This document shows positions 9,801-18,863 of a DNA stretch of 64,000 nt, in pieces (the first letter of the stretch is position 1; every line of letters starts with the position of its first letter). Under the pieces are notes generated by a model that did not search any database, was not told the origin of the DNA, and saw only the letters and a list, made by a program, of their open reading frames with translations. The stretch covers positions 928,001-992,000 of the forward strand of contig CM000433.1 of NCBI GenBank assembly GCA_000165345.1, in the 5' to 3' direction. A program made the position numbers and the translations under genes.

Positions 9801-10667
9801 TGTAAGAAATTTGAATTAAATTCAAGAGGATTATCTGAAATCAGATTAATGTCAATTCAACTTTTTAATATAACTAAAAAGAAATATTTGGATAAATTAA
9901 TTAATTCTGAAGCTAATTTAAATATTAAATGGCCTCCAAGTCTTCCAAATTATACTCAAAAGAATCTACTACGTACTTTCTTTATCTCTAGCTTTATTGA
10001 TCATATTGCTGTTAGAAATGATGGTAATTTGGTCTCTAAGGTTTCATATCAAATTCCTAATGAATCACCAAATAGTTATTCCGCTTTTATTCATCCTAGA
10101 AGTGTATTAAAAAGTTCCAAGCCAAAATTACTCATTTATAGCCAAATAATATCATCCACTGATAAAAACAGACATAATTTATGTGATTGCTTATTAATAA
10201 CAGCTGATGATATTTCTAAAGCTACATCTCTTAAACATTCACTTGTGGATTGTTCTAAAATTTTAAGCTTTCCAACTCCTTATTATAATATTGAAAGTGA
10301 TTCTATAATTGGATATTGTACTCCAAAATATAGAAATAATTCAGTTGTTATTGATCTACCTTCATCAGAAATTCAACTTGAAACCAATAATAATATTATT
10401 TTTGAAGTATTTGCTAGAGCTATATTAAATGGCCAAGTTTTTAAAGAATTTAAGAATCAGAGAATTTTAAAGGGTCTTAAATCCAAAAATAATTCTAACC
10501 AATTTAAACTTTTGGTTAATACTCTTGAACAGAATTCAATTTTTAATAAATCTCGATTGATTTCTAAATTCAAAACTAAGAGAGATTTTCTACTAAAGAA
10601 TATTCTACAATTATATGAAATTTCAGTTCACAATGATATTAGGAGCTTTTGGCCTCCAATTAAATAA
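6843..10667 (+). CDS. DHX37: DEAH-box RNA helicase, DHX37/Dhr1(Ecm16)-like, 1274 aa.
   Basis: Motifs in order: GATGSGKSTQVPQ (I), LTQPRRIAA (Ia), DEAHER (II), MSATLRVTDF (III), ISTNVSETSITIPNVRYVIDTG (V), QRSGRAGR (VI). A long acidic insert and a C-terminal OB-like region are present. The N-terminal low-complexity region has SESESE and PEPEPKP repeats. Confidence 0.75.
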   Translation: MIPEKILEENLLEHDLQGSNALVLPTSKIERKRIHQENNYSESDQNSGRPCKEKKMSNRKKRKLKQLEEKKRLNKIHEDLTNDLKKYTLSDQELQLMMGITNTRMNNRQKQILRSRYLAAKLELPDFLKLKDCSSKSKNYISESESESESESESESKYEFKPEPEPEPKPKPEYEPEFEPENSKVDDLVHSTDHDKELKSENVNFDSESKLELKKNEQLKKESQKKESKGRYIRKYTSLVIKNDNDRPIINRTPEIEFQRSELPVRVYEFEILDAIENNDVVIVTGATGSGKSTQVPQLLYESGYCPLKKGENNNNVNEGQKRYMIGLTQPRRIAATSLSNRIGEELNDSKVVGYQIRYDKKNCTNETVIKVMTDGVLLQEIQKDLLCSKYSVILIDEAHERTVNTDILIGLLSRIVIFRREEYIRKTKQGLEDKLPPLKLIIMSATLRVTDFSENPKLFSKPPPVINIETPNFPVTLHFSKTTPKDYISAAYKKIQQIHNRLPPGSILVFVTGKKEVNLLVNLINNKGKNKAKRNCLLNNTTNSKMNMLLDFTENNLEEEELEELEEEEEEEEEEEEEEDEEEEEEEEDEDDDDELEEEELDELEQEELEEEEKEQQKEQENEGSKNVWESFGKKDIRKRKIRLHKDVDSSVWKGGGVIEEDDSMEEKDSAKKEEGNKDKKPENIKIQLIAIPLYASMSFDEQKKAFKLPESNNIRHVIISTNVSETSITIPNVRYVIDTGKEKRREYTKGSDSSHFTVEWISKASASQRSGRAGRVGPGHCYRLYSSPIYENIFPKFAPIDILSIPLDSVLLYMHSLGIPDIVDFPFPTPPEKSQIDQAYQLLTILGSVESRKSKYILTNQGISISSFPLPPRYAKILLLTTAYIRKNLISDDLKSSIELLQQVCILVSYLSIGNLRDESFLSDIQKEHNQGIKNVDHQNLNDDFESFPSNLGNDIEINLWFCIKYLEYYGSGRKHERSLSDKFCKKFELNSRGLSEIRLMSIQLFNITKKKYLDKLINSEANLNIKWPPSLPNYTQKNLLRTFFISSFIDHIAVRNDGNLVSKVSYQIPNESPNSYSAFIHPRSVLKSSKPKLLIYSQIISSTDKNRHNLCDCLLITADDISKATSLKHSLVDCSKILSFPTPYYNIESDSIIGYCTPKYRNNSVVIDLPSSEIQLETNNNIIFEVFARAILNGQVFKEFKNQRILKGLKSKNNSNQFKLLVNTLEQNSIFNKSRLISKFKTKRDFLLKNILQLYEISVHNDIRSFWPPIK
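7269..7390 (+). repeat. Hexanucleotide microsatellites (GAATCT)7 and (CCTGAA/CCTAAA)n. They encode (SE)n and (PE/PK)n inside the helicase N-terminus.
   Basis: Direct perfect repeats are visible at 7269-7310 and 7326-7390. Confidence 0.7.
8504..8700 (+). repeat. (GAA/GAG/GAT)n trinucleotide run encoding a poly-Glu/Asp stretch of about 60 aa. The antisense poly-Ser ORF 8339..8746 is an artefact.
   Basis: Visible as gaagaagaagaagaagatgaagaa... in the sequence. Confidence 0.8.
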
Positions 10668-11088
10668 TTACTATTTCATCTTTGTGAGTATATAAAAAGT
10701 AAGAGGGGGAAAAAAAGAAATAAACTACTACCAAACAATAAGAAATTTATTATAATCATAGTAATTATTTATTTCTACATTATATTAAACTGTGTAAATA
10801 TTTAATTTAATTACATTTTATTTTTTTTATTTCCTTTTTGCATGTATGCATTAAATATTACAATGGTTTTGTGTGGACAAAAAAAAAAAATTCGGCGGGA
10901 AAACTGAAATTTGTATTTAGAGCAAAAATAAATAAATAATATAAATACAAATAATTTATTTTAAAAAAAAAAAAAAAGAAAAGAATTGGTGGAATATTAT
11001 AATTACAAGAATAAGAGATCAAGCTAAGTTTAGATAATATAGTTAAGTTTCCAAAGTCATTGGCTTTTAATATCTTGAATGACAGGAA

Positions 11089-12750
11089 ATGAAAACATTG
11101 ACTAAAAGTGAACAAAAGTGGGATGCTACTTTAACAATGAATAGCAATTCAACAGACATGGTTATATATTCAGAAGAAAAAAAAGACATGGGAGAACTGG
11201 CCCCAAATAAGTTCTGGAACTCTATAAACCAAGGTGTAAATTTGATTGTTGGGCTTTATGAAGGCATTCAATCAGCATGCATGGCTACTGGAGTACATGA
11301 ATCAGAAATGTTAAATGAAATTAGTATATTTGATAATAAGTTAGGAAAAGCTAAAAGAATTGCAAAAAATACTGATTTTGGTAATAGAATGAATTCAAAT
11401 GAAATTTCTACATCTAATTCCACAAGAGTGTCATCCGTGATAAATTTTAGTGATTTACTTACATCACCAAGTGGTATAACATCAAAGACTTCAAGTATTA
11501 ATGATTTAAGCTATTTATATAGTCAATTAGGTATTGGAGGAGGATTTGAATCATCAGGATTACTTCAAAGTCTTAGTAATGATCCAACAATACAACTACC
11601 ACATATGGATGTACCTAATTTATCAGCACATACAAAAATGTATGCATTTCGTTCACATATTTGTCTCTCAATATTATGTTCTCAAAATATTGATAAAATT
11701 ATTGAGACTAACTTAGTTTCTGGTGATTTTAAATTAAAAGGTCCTGGTTTTAAGGTTGAAAATGTATATATACCAATTAGAAATGAAAAACAAAATATCG
11801 AAATTAAGTTAACAACATTTACAAATCTTGGAAAAAGAGTTGATCTTGGAGTTGATATTCCTATTTCTGCTATACATAAAAGTGATGAAAATTTTACTTT
11901 TTGGTTATCACTAACATCTGATAAAGATCAATCTTGTCAAAAATATAATGATATTCTACCTGAAGCTGTTTTTCGTCTTAAATTAGATAATGAAAACTAT
12001 AAAGCAGGAGTTATTCATCCTAGGATACTTGTTAATGTTAAAAGAGTTATGACTGGAATTATTGAAGATTTACAAATTTCATCTTTAAAAGTTTTTGATC
12101 ATAATATTTTACCTTCTTCTGGATATTATTCTTCTAATAACAATCAGAAATCTTCCTCTACATTAATTTATGTTGGATTATATAACGATTCATTAGATAT
12201 GGAAATTTCTCAGATTCTTAATTCTAATCCTTCACTTCTTTCTAATTATATTATTGAAAGAATTAATTCTGCTGGACATTATAAAATTAATGATATTGAT
12301 GTCTTAATTTCTTATGGATCAGGAAAATATTCCCATACATTATTTGTTCAAGATGAAACTTCACGTCAACCTTTAATTGATTATCTTAATAATACTAATG
12401 AAAATATTGAATGGTTAACAAGTGAGCCTAGTAATGCAACAGAAATGGTTCCACCTGGAGTTTTACCTGATTTCTCTGGTACCCCAGCTCCATGGGAAGT
12501 TGAAACTGATCGTAGAAAAGCTATGGAATTAGCTTGTCATAGAGTTGCTTTGAGAGAACATATTGCTATACAGTATTTAATTGATACTGGATGTACTAAT
12601 TTACCAAATCCAAAATTCTCTCAATGGCTGAATCCACCATATTTTAGAATTGGTCCTCAATTTGAGCCTGTTCCTATGAGTTATAATTGGGGCCCAAATT
12701 ATACTAACATTCAATTAATTCCTTTAGAACAGCCTAAAAAGATTAATTAA
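11089..12750 (+). CDS. Hypothetical protein, 553 aa, no recognised domain.
   Basis: Long uninterrupted ORF with an ATG start and the codon usage typical of the window, flanked by E2F-like sites upstream. The product is Ser/Asn-rich and has no obvious TM segments. Confidence 0.55.
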   Translation: MKTLTKSEQKWDATLTMNSNSTDMVIYSEEKKDMGELAPNKFWNSINQGVNLIVGLYEGIQSACMATGVHESEMLNEISIFDNKLGKAKRIAKNTDFGNRMNSNEISTSNSTRVSSVINFSDLLTSPSGITSKTSSINDLSYLYSQLGIGGGFESSGLLQSLSNDPTIQLPHMDVPNLSAHTKMYAFRSHICLSILCSQNIDKIIETNLVSGDFKLKGPGFKVENVYIPIRNEKQNIEIKLTTFTNLGKRVDLGVDIPISAIHKSDENFTFWLSLTSDKDQSCQKYNDILPEAVFRLKLDNENYKAGVIHPRILVNVKRVMTGIIEDLQISSLKVFDHNILPSSGYYSSNNNQKSSSTLIYVGLYNDSLDMEISQILNSNPSLLSNYIIERINSAGHYKINDIDVLISYGSGKYSHTLFVQDETSRQPLIDYLNNTNENIEWLTSEPSNATEMVPPGVLPDFSGTPAPWEVETDRRKAMELACHRVALREHIAIQYLIDTGCTNLPNPKFSQWLNPPYFRIGPQFEPVPMSYNWGPNYTNIQLIPLEQPKKIN

Positions 12751-13692
12751 GGCAGAAAATAATATTTACTTAGCTTTACTTTTCTCTTTTTTTTTCTTCA
12801 ATTCAATTATCATTTTATATAATTTGAATTAAACTTGTTCAATAAAAAAAGTAATTAAAATCAAGTAAACAATTCATATAAAGGATAAATATAAATATTA
12901 ATAATTCCAAATCTTATTATTATACTCTCAGAAGAAATGCAGATTCTAGTAAAGAGAAAATTAAAAGAATAAAACAGGATATCATAATTAGTGGAGCTTC
13001 TATTTTCTTTTTCTTTTTAAGTTTGGAAAACTTATTAATAGTACAAACATGATTGAAATATCTGGTTCCTTTTAATGAACAGCAAATACTTCTCAGCTTA
13101 TTTTTATTATTATTATTCATCTATAATACTTCTTATTAATTATTATTACTCTTGTTTATTAATTTGTGAGCGATTAAGATTTTGTAAAATTCATTTTTTC
13201 AGTTATTCAATTATTAAATAACTCCGTCAAATAAGGTATAAAATAACCTTTATGTTTCATTTATACAAAAAAACAAGATTTTGACTTTTTTCCCGTTTAT
13301 GAAAATACTATGTCTTTAATAATACTTACCACCCCAAGGAACATAATATTATTATAATTTTTGGATGAGAATTTTGACAAATTTATTATGATATATATTT
13401 TATTTAAAGAGAAATATGTATAGAAAAATAAATACTAATAAATCCTTTTTTTTTTTCCTTTAAATAGATATAAATGTAAATATTAGATGCAGTTGTTATA
13501 TATTTCCCACACTAATTATTTGATAAATTAGTATTATGAATAATCCATACAAAATTAATATTAATAATAATTAATAAGAAGATTATATTGAATATCTCTC
13601 AAAAAAAAAAGATAAACCCCCACACATTCCAAGATTTAGAGCAAAAGCTTGATTATTAGATTGGATCTCTTATTATTACAAATAAAGAGTAC

Positions 13693-14241
13693 TTAGTTTA
13701 ATACTTTACTCTTAACAAGTGAGAAGAAGTCATCCCTGCTAATAATGTTTTGCTGCTTTCTAAATACATCTTGAGTTGCAAGATTAAGCATCCCGGTAAG
13801 GGTTTCATCATCAAGCTCTTCACCAAGTTCATTTGATATCTTTCTTAAACTTTCAAGATCAATACAACCCTTATTGTTATGATCAAATATTTTGTAAGCC
13901 TCTAATGTATCAATATTTGCATCCATATCATCTTTTTCAGATGCCTCGGGAAATCCTGTAAGCTGATCTATTAATATATGGAGACTTATATTGCCTTGTG
14001 AATCACATAAGGATTTAAGTGTATCACAAGCTTCAGCAATGTGTTCTCTTGGTATAAAGTTCCATTCCATCATTCTATTTTGAATATCTGTAAATGGAAT
14101 AACATCCTTATATTCTCTATCCAAAAGCTTGACAACATCCGGGAGATCTCTCTCATTATCCCAAACCTTTCTTTGACCAAAAGAGACAGTCTGCCCATCT
14201 GCTCTTAAACTTGCAGAAGAATTCTGAGTTGATGGGTTCAT
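13693..14241 (-). CDS. EF-hand calcium-binding protein. The start is taken at the internal ATG (MNPSTQNS...), because the track start at 14286 is a TTG.
   Basis: The C-terminal half has canonical EF-hand loops: DHNNKGCIDLESL, and DTLEAYKIF ... ELDDETLTGML. A TAA stop lies immediately upstream of the TTG in frame. Confidence 0.55.
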   Translation of the reverse strand: MNPSTQNSSASLRADGQTVSFGQRKVWDNERDLPDVVKLLDREYKDVIPFTDIQNRMMEWNFIPREHIAEACDTLKSLCDSQGNISLHILIDQLTGFPEASEKDDMDANIDTLEAYKIFDHNNKGCIDLESLRKISNELGEELDDETLTGMLNLATQDVFRKQQNIISRDDFFSLVKSKVLN

Positions 14242-15097
14242 ACTTTCGTCACGATCCTTTCTTTTTAATAAGAAAAACTCTTTCAAAAAAACTTCTTATT
14301 ATTATGTACGTTACGAGAGTACTTTATTTAACTTTTTACCTTGCTGTTATTAATAATGTAAATTAGCATTCTCATGCACGCGAATGTTGGCGCCATCTAC
14401 ATCCGTTGCGCACACGTCTAAATTTGTGTGTATTAGCCTCGTAAAATTAAATTTCAAGATTAATGAAATAGTAGGTAAATAATAGAAGAATATAATAATT
14501 TGTTAGAAAATACAGAAAAAAAGAGATAAAGGGAGAGAGGGGAAGAAGATGGTGGGAATATTAGTAAGAGTTGAGATTAAAATGCATGTTTAATTTTAAC
14601 TAAGCATTAAATAATGTGTGCTTCTTTTTTTTCCCTGTTCTCTCAAATATTATATAACTATTGATAATCTAGAATGATTAGTTTTTTATATATAAATTTT
14701 ATCTTTTATATTTGCTTTTTTTTTTTAAGTTTTAGAATTTTAGTGAATACTAATATATTTACTTAAACTGTGATAATTGAGTATTGTTATCTTCATTTAA
14801 CTCTATATTTAGATAATAGTCTGTTATTATTTGAGTTATTTGTTCTTCCAAGTTGTTCATTATTAAAGAATAATATTATTGCACTGCATGCACGCGCCTA
14901 ATATTATTTTGAATATCATATTATTGCATGCAATTCCAGTAATAAATTAAAAAAATTCAAATATATAGTTAACTCTCAAATAATAATACGATTTAAATAA
15001 ATATATTCCTAGAAGATATTTTTATTTAAAGGAATCCGTTTTTTCCTTTTTTTTTGTTTTCAAAATGATGTATAATATTAATAATAAACCTGGTGCA

Positions 15098-15688
15098 CTA
15101 TATAAACTTTGATGAAAATGTCTGAATATAATTCATATTAAAATATAATGAATTTTTGATTAATGCTTTTATTAAATCAGTTAGGGTACAGATAAGACCA
15201 TAACTTAAGAAAGAATTAATATTGTTAGCCTTTTCTTTAGATTGAAAGAACGGAGAATATAACTTTTGATTAAAAGGAATGATTATACTGTGGTTATTAA
15301 CGTATGATTTAACAATATAGAAAGTCAGGAGTTGCCTAATTTTTGGAGGAAGGAAATTAATGATTTTTAGAATTAAGTAAATTCCACCCATTATTTTTTT
15401 GGTAAAATTAAAATTTTTATGATTAGTTTGGTTGATTTCTTTCGTTGAATTATTATTTAAAGTTTGTTTTAATATATTAAGTTGACGACTTTTTTTAACA
15501 TATTCAGTGAAAGTTGAGGGTTTATTAAGTTCTTTTAATTCTTCTTCTAACTGAGAAATTTCTGAATTAATTATTTGGTTTGTTTCACCATTGATTAATT
15601 TGTGAATTTTCAAAAGTTTTATTATATGTTCTAGAAAATATGACAAAAATAATTCAAATAGAATCAAAAATATTATTGTGTAATACAT
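15098..15688 (-). CDS. GET1: Get1/WRB-like receptor subunit for tail-anchored protein insertion.
   Basis: Three TM segments plus a cytosolic coiled coil. EISQLEEELKELNKPSTFTEYVKKSRQLNILKQTL aligns with WRB EIQDMKQELSTVNMMDEFARYARLERKINKMTDKL. Length 196 aa, similar to WRB at 174 aa. Confidence 0.5.
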   Translation of the reverse strand: MYYTIIFLILFELFLSYFLEHIIKLLKIHKLINGETNQIINSEISQLEEELKELNKPSTFTEYVKKSRQLNILKQTLNNNSTKEINQTNHKNFNFTKKIMGGIYLILKIINFLPPKIRQLLTFYIVKSYVNNHSIIIPFNQKLYSPFFQSKEKANNINSFLSYGLICTLTDLIKALIKNSLYFNMNYIQTFSSKFI

Positions 15689-16084
15689 CCTAGTTTGCGT
15701 TTAAATTTAAAGTTAAGTTGATTAGATTTGAATAAATTTCTTCACTTTAATTATTTTTTTGTATATTTATTATCAAAAGAGTGATAATTTATTAAAATGA
15801 ATTTTAATGAATTAATGGAAATTTCATTATTATTATTATTTTCCTCGTTTAATTTATTAAAGAAAATTGTGGAATTTGGCGCCATATTTATGTTAATTTT
15901 GACATTAATAGGTGCACAGGGTAGGAGATCACAAATTATAATAATTAAAAAAATAATCGAAAAAAAAAAAAATATATTTTTTTTTGATATGAAAAAAAAG
16001 TTGCTGGAAGAGTATATTTAGTAATAAATCAATGTATATATATATTTTTTATGGAGATGATTTCAAGAAAAATATCAAAAAAAG

Positions 16085-16858
16085 ATGAAGTTATCACGTA
16101 GTTTTATTATTGCATGCATTTTTGTATACATTTTAAATATTTTGGGTTTGGTCATAATTAACCCAAAACCTGAAATTTGTTTGCTTAGAATTAGGGTTAG
16201 AGAAAAAGGATTTTTGAAAAGAGCAGCAAATGCAGCAGGAAGACTAATTTTTGGAGTTGATACAACTCAAAAAGAACCACCTTTAAATACCGAAAGATTT
16301 CCTGTTGGAATGTTTCCTGATCCAAAAGAATTAGCTCAAGAACTAGATATTCTTGAGAATAGAAAAATAGTACCAGATAGTAATCGTCAAACTGGCGTAC
16401 AATATATTTCAGATATAGCAAATGGTCAAACACCCAATTTGGAATTACTTTCAGATAGTCAAATGGCTCAAGTTAGTAGTGGTGTATTTGATAGAGGATC
16501 TAAAGAGGCCTTGGAGGCTTCTAATAAAACAAAAATAGAAGAATTAAGAGCCAATAAAGAAAGAGAACAGGCTCTGCAATCGCAAGGCCAAATAATTAAA
16601 GATGGTGAAAAGGTTAAAATTGGAAAACAAGGTCCAGTCACATTAGACGATCCTGATGAAAATAATAAAGGCAAAACAATTCCTCCAAAACTTGCATTAG
16701 TTGATAATGAAGAAGAATTTATTAATAAAGACACAAATCAATCCATATTTAGTCATCCTTTAGTGATTATTTTTATCTTCATACTTGTTGTATGCATGTT
16801 TGCAGGAGGAAGCCTTATTTTCTTTAAGAAATTTGGTAAAAAGAAAAGAAAAAAGTAG
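16085..16858 (+). CDS. Type I membrane protein: signal peptide, C-terminal TM and a KKKRKK tail. Unknown family.
   Basis: N-terminal hydrophobic leader, hydrophilic acidic ectodomain, C-terminal hydrophobic helix followed by a basic stop-transfer. Confidence 0.55.
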   Translation: MKLSRSFIIACIFVYILNILGLVIINPKPEICLLRIRVREKGFLKRAANAAGRLIFGVDTTQKEPPLNTERFPVGMFPDPKELAQELDILENRKIVPDSNRQTGVQYISDIANGQTPNLELLSDSQMAQVSSGVFDRGSKEALEASNKTKIEELRANKEREQALQSQGQIIKDGEKVKIGKQGPVTLDDPDENNKGKTIPPKLALVDNEEEFINKDTNQSIFSHPLVIIFIFILVVCMFAGGSLIFFKKFGKKKRKK

Positions 16859-17597
16859 ATTTTTCTGAAATATTCAAATTCTAATCGTCAAAAACATTTA
16901 ATTTACATAACAATTTTAGTTTTTATAATAACTTAATATTAAATTCGCATTTTGGCGCCAACTTATTTTCAAGTGTATAGTAATATTTGTTTAAATTTAA
17001 AGATCTGATCACAAAATTGACCATAAAATTGAGAAAAAATAAGTTAAAAATTTTGGTGATTTAATAAATATAAAATTAGTAAGATTAAATTCATAATCAC
17101 TTCTATAACACAGTTAGTAGTTAGAAACAAGTGATATAAGGAATTTTTCAATTTATTATTTTAATTAAAGTTAATTATTGGGAATATTGTTAGTGTTGGT
17201 CTGCAAATAATAAAAAAGTAAGACATAAATATTAAACTCATGCAACTTTGAGTTGCTAATAAATATTATACTTTATAAATAATAAAGCTTCCAGGATTAG
17301 TCAAGTAAATCTAACTTGAAACATTCTGGCTCAATATTATTAGTGATTTAAAGATCAATATAAAATTCATGGAAGCTTTGAATTTAAGTAATAAAAACAT
17401 ATTTATAAAAAAATAGAAAATAAATTATACAAACTAACAATATTTCGATTACTTTATTAACATACAAATAAACAGAGTAAGTTAATCTCAATAATAATGT
17501 TAAATTGAATTCCTAATTATTAAATAATTACAATACTATATTAAACACTTATTTAAAAAAGAAGTTAATATTTTAATTCATACTTGTAAAAAGAAAA

Positions 17598-18422
17598 ATG
17601 GATTCAGAAAAAAGTGTGGAAAGAGGTCGAAAAATAAATAAAGATAGAGGTTCCGAAAGAGTTGGAGTTATTGGGAGAAAAATGAGCGATATGGACAAAA
17701 TTCTGCCTTCAAAAGAGCATATAGAGGAAGGCTTAGCTCCAAATGAAGGGGAATTAGCTATTATTTATCATGATACAACAGCTGGCTCTACTAAACATAT
17801 TGTTACAAAATCTCCTAATATATCTCCTGCAAAACAGGAAGAATCCAGTCTATTAGGTAATAATTCCTTCCAAAATTATGTCAATCCTCATAGTTTATAC
17901 AGTCCTGTATATACCAGTAACCAAATTGGAGGAGAATACGCATTCCCTAAAGTAAAATTCTCAAGTTTAATTTTTCCATGGTCAGCATTTCTAGCTGTAA
18001 TTATTTCATACGTACTTACAAGTTTTTCATGGTATTATCTCTTTTACAATGATGACTATAGATTGGTTTTGGCGCCTTTTGTTACTTCATCTATTATATG
18101 TTTTTTTGAATCTCCTGTAATGCTTGCAAAATACTTATTTAGAAAGATGAGAAAATCTTTGATATGGAGATTAATTCCCATGGGAAGTATGGTGTTTCAC
18201 TCCCTTCTCTTATTAATTGCATCAGTCCCCATCAACTTATTATATTGCAGTTATATTCTTAATAAGGGAGATCCAAGTCAAATATTTAACTTACCACTAC
18301 ATTATTTAATTTTGGCGGGAATCCAAGCTTTGTATATAATTCCATGCATTTTATTTTTGATAGCGCATTCCAGATTTGAATCACAAATATTAAAAGATAG
18401 AACTGAATATGACCACTGGTAA
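17598..18422 (+). CDS. Multi-pass membrane protein of unknown family, 274 aa.
   Basis: ATG start. A hydrophilic N-terminal region of about 110 aa is followed by 4-5 predicted TM helices. Confidence 0.5.
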   Translation: MDSEKSVERGRKINKDRGSERVGVIGRKMSDMDKILPSKEHIEEGLAPNEGELAIIYHDTTAGSTKHIVTKSPNISPAKQEESSLLGNNSFQNYVNPHSLYSPVYTSNQIGGEYAFPKVKFSSLIFPWSAFLAVIISYVLTSFSWYYLFYNDDYRLVLAPFVTSSIICFFESPVMLAKYLFRKMRKSLIWRLIPMGSMVFHSLLLLIASVPINLLYCSYILNKGDPSQIFNLPLHYLILAGIQALYIIPCILFLIAHSRFESQILKDRTEYDHW

Positions 18423-18704
18423 ATTATTAATATTTTTAAGAATTATAAATTTCAAAGCTAATTCTATTTGATAAAGTGGTTATTTTTGTAACGGCTATCC
18501 ATACGTTCATTGTTTTGGCTTAAAAACAATTGTTTGGATTTTTATAATCCACACAGAATAAGAGTAAAAGTTGAAATAAATTGAAGATATGGCTAATAAG
18601 TTCTATTATTTACATACTAACATTAATCCCATCCAACTCATTCCTTTTACTTATTTAATATTTCCTTTTTTTTGAAATTAATATTTATCTGTCTACATGC
18701 ATGT

Positions 18705-18730
18705 ATGCATGCATGCATACAGTATTTTAA
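18705..18730. repeat. (CATG)n / GCATGCA-type microsatellite in an intergenic region.
   Basis: acatgcatgtatgcatgcatgcatac. Similar runs occur at 36399-36420, 26587-26610, 39070-39118 and 46300-46320. Confidence 0.7.
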
Positions 18731-18863
18731 AAAATGATACTAAAGAATTGTAGCAAGTAGGTAAAATAATAAAAACAACTCATTGCCATCTAAAGATAAA
18801 GAAAGAGTTTAAGAAATAGGCTATTAATATTATGTTACTAATGTAATACTTTTTTTTTATTCT

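Noticed and set aside
14340-14420. tgcacgcgaatgttggcgccatctacatccgttgcgcacacgtc looked like a possible small structured RNA.
   Set aside because: It is better explained as a promoter module (GCATGC-like plus an E2F-like site) upstream of the EF-hand gene. No convincing secondary structure or snoRNA boxes.
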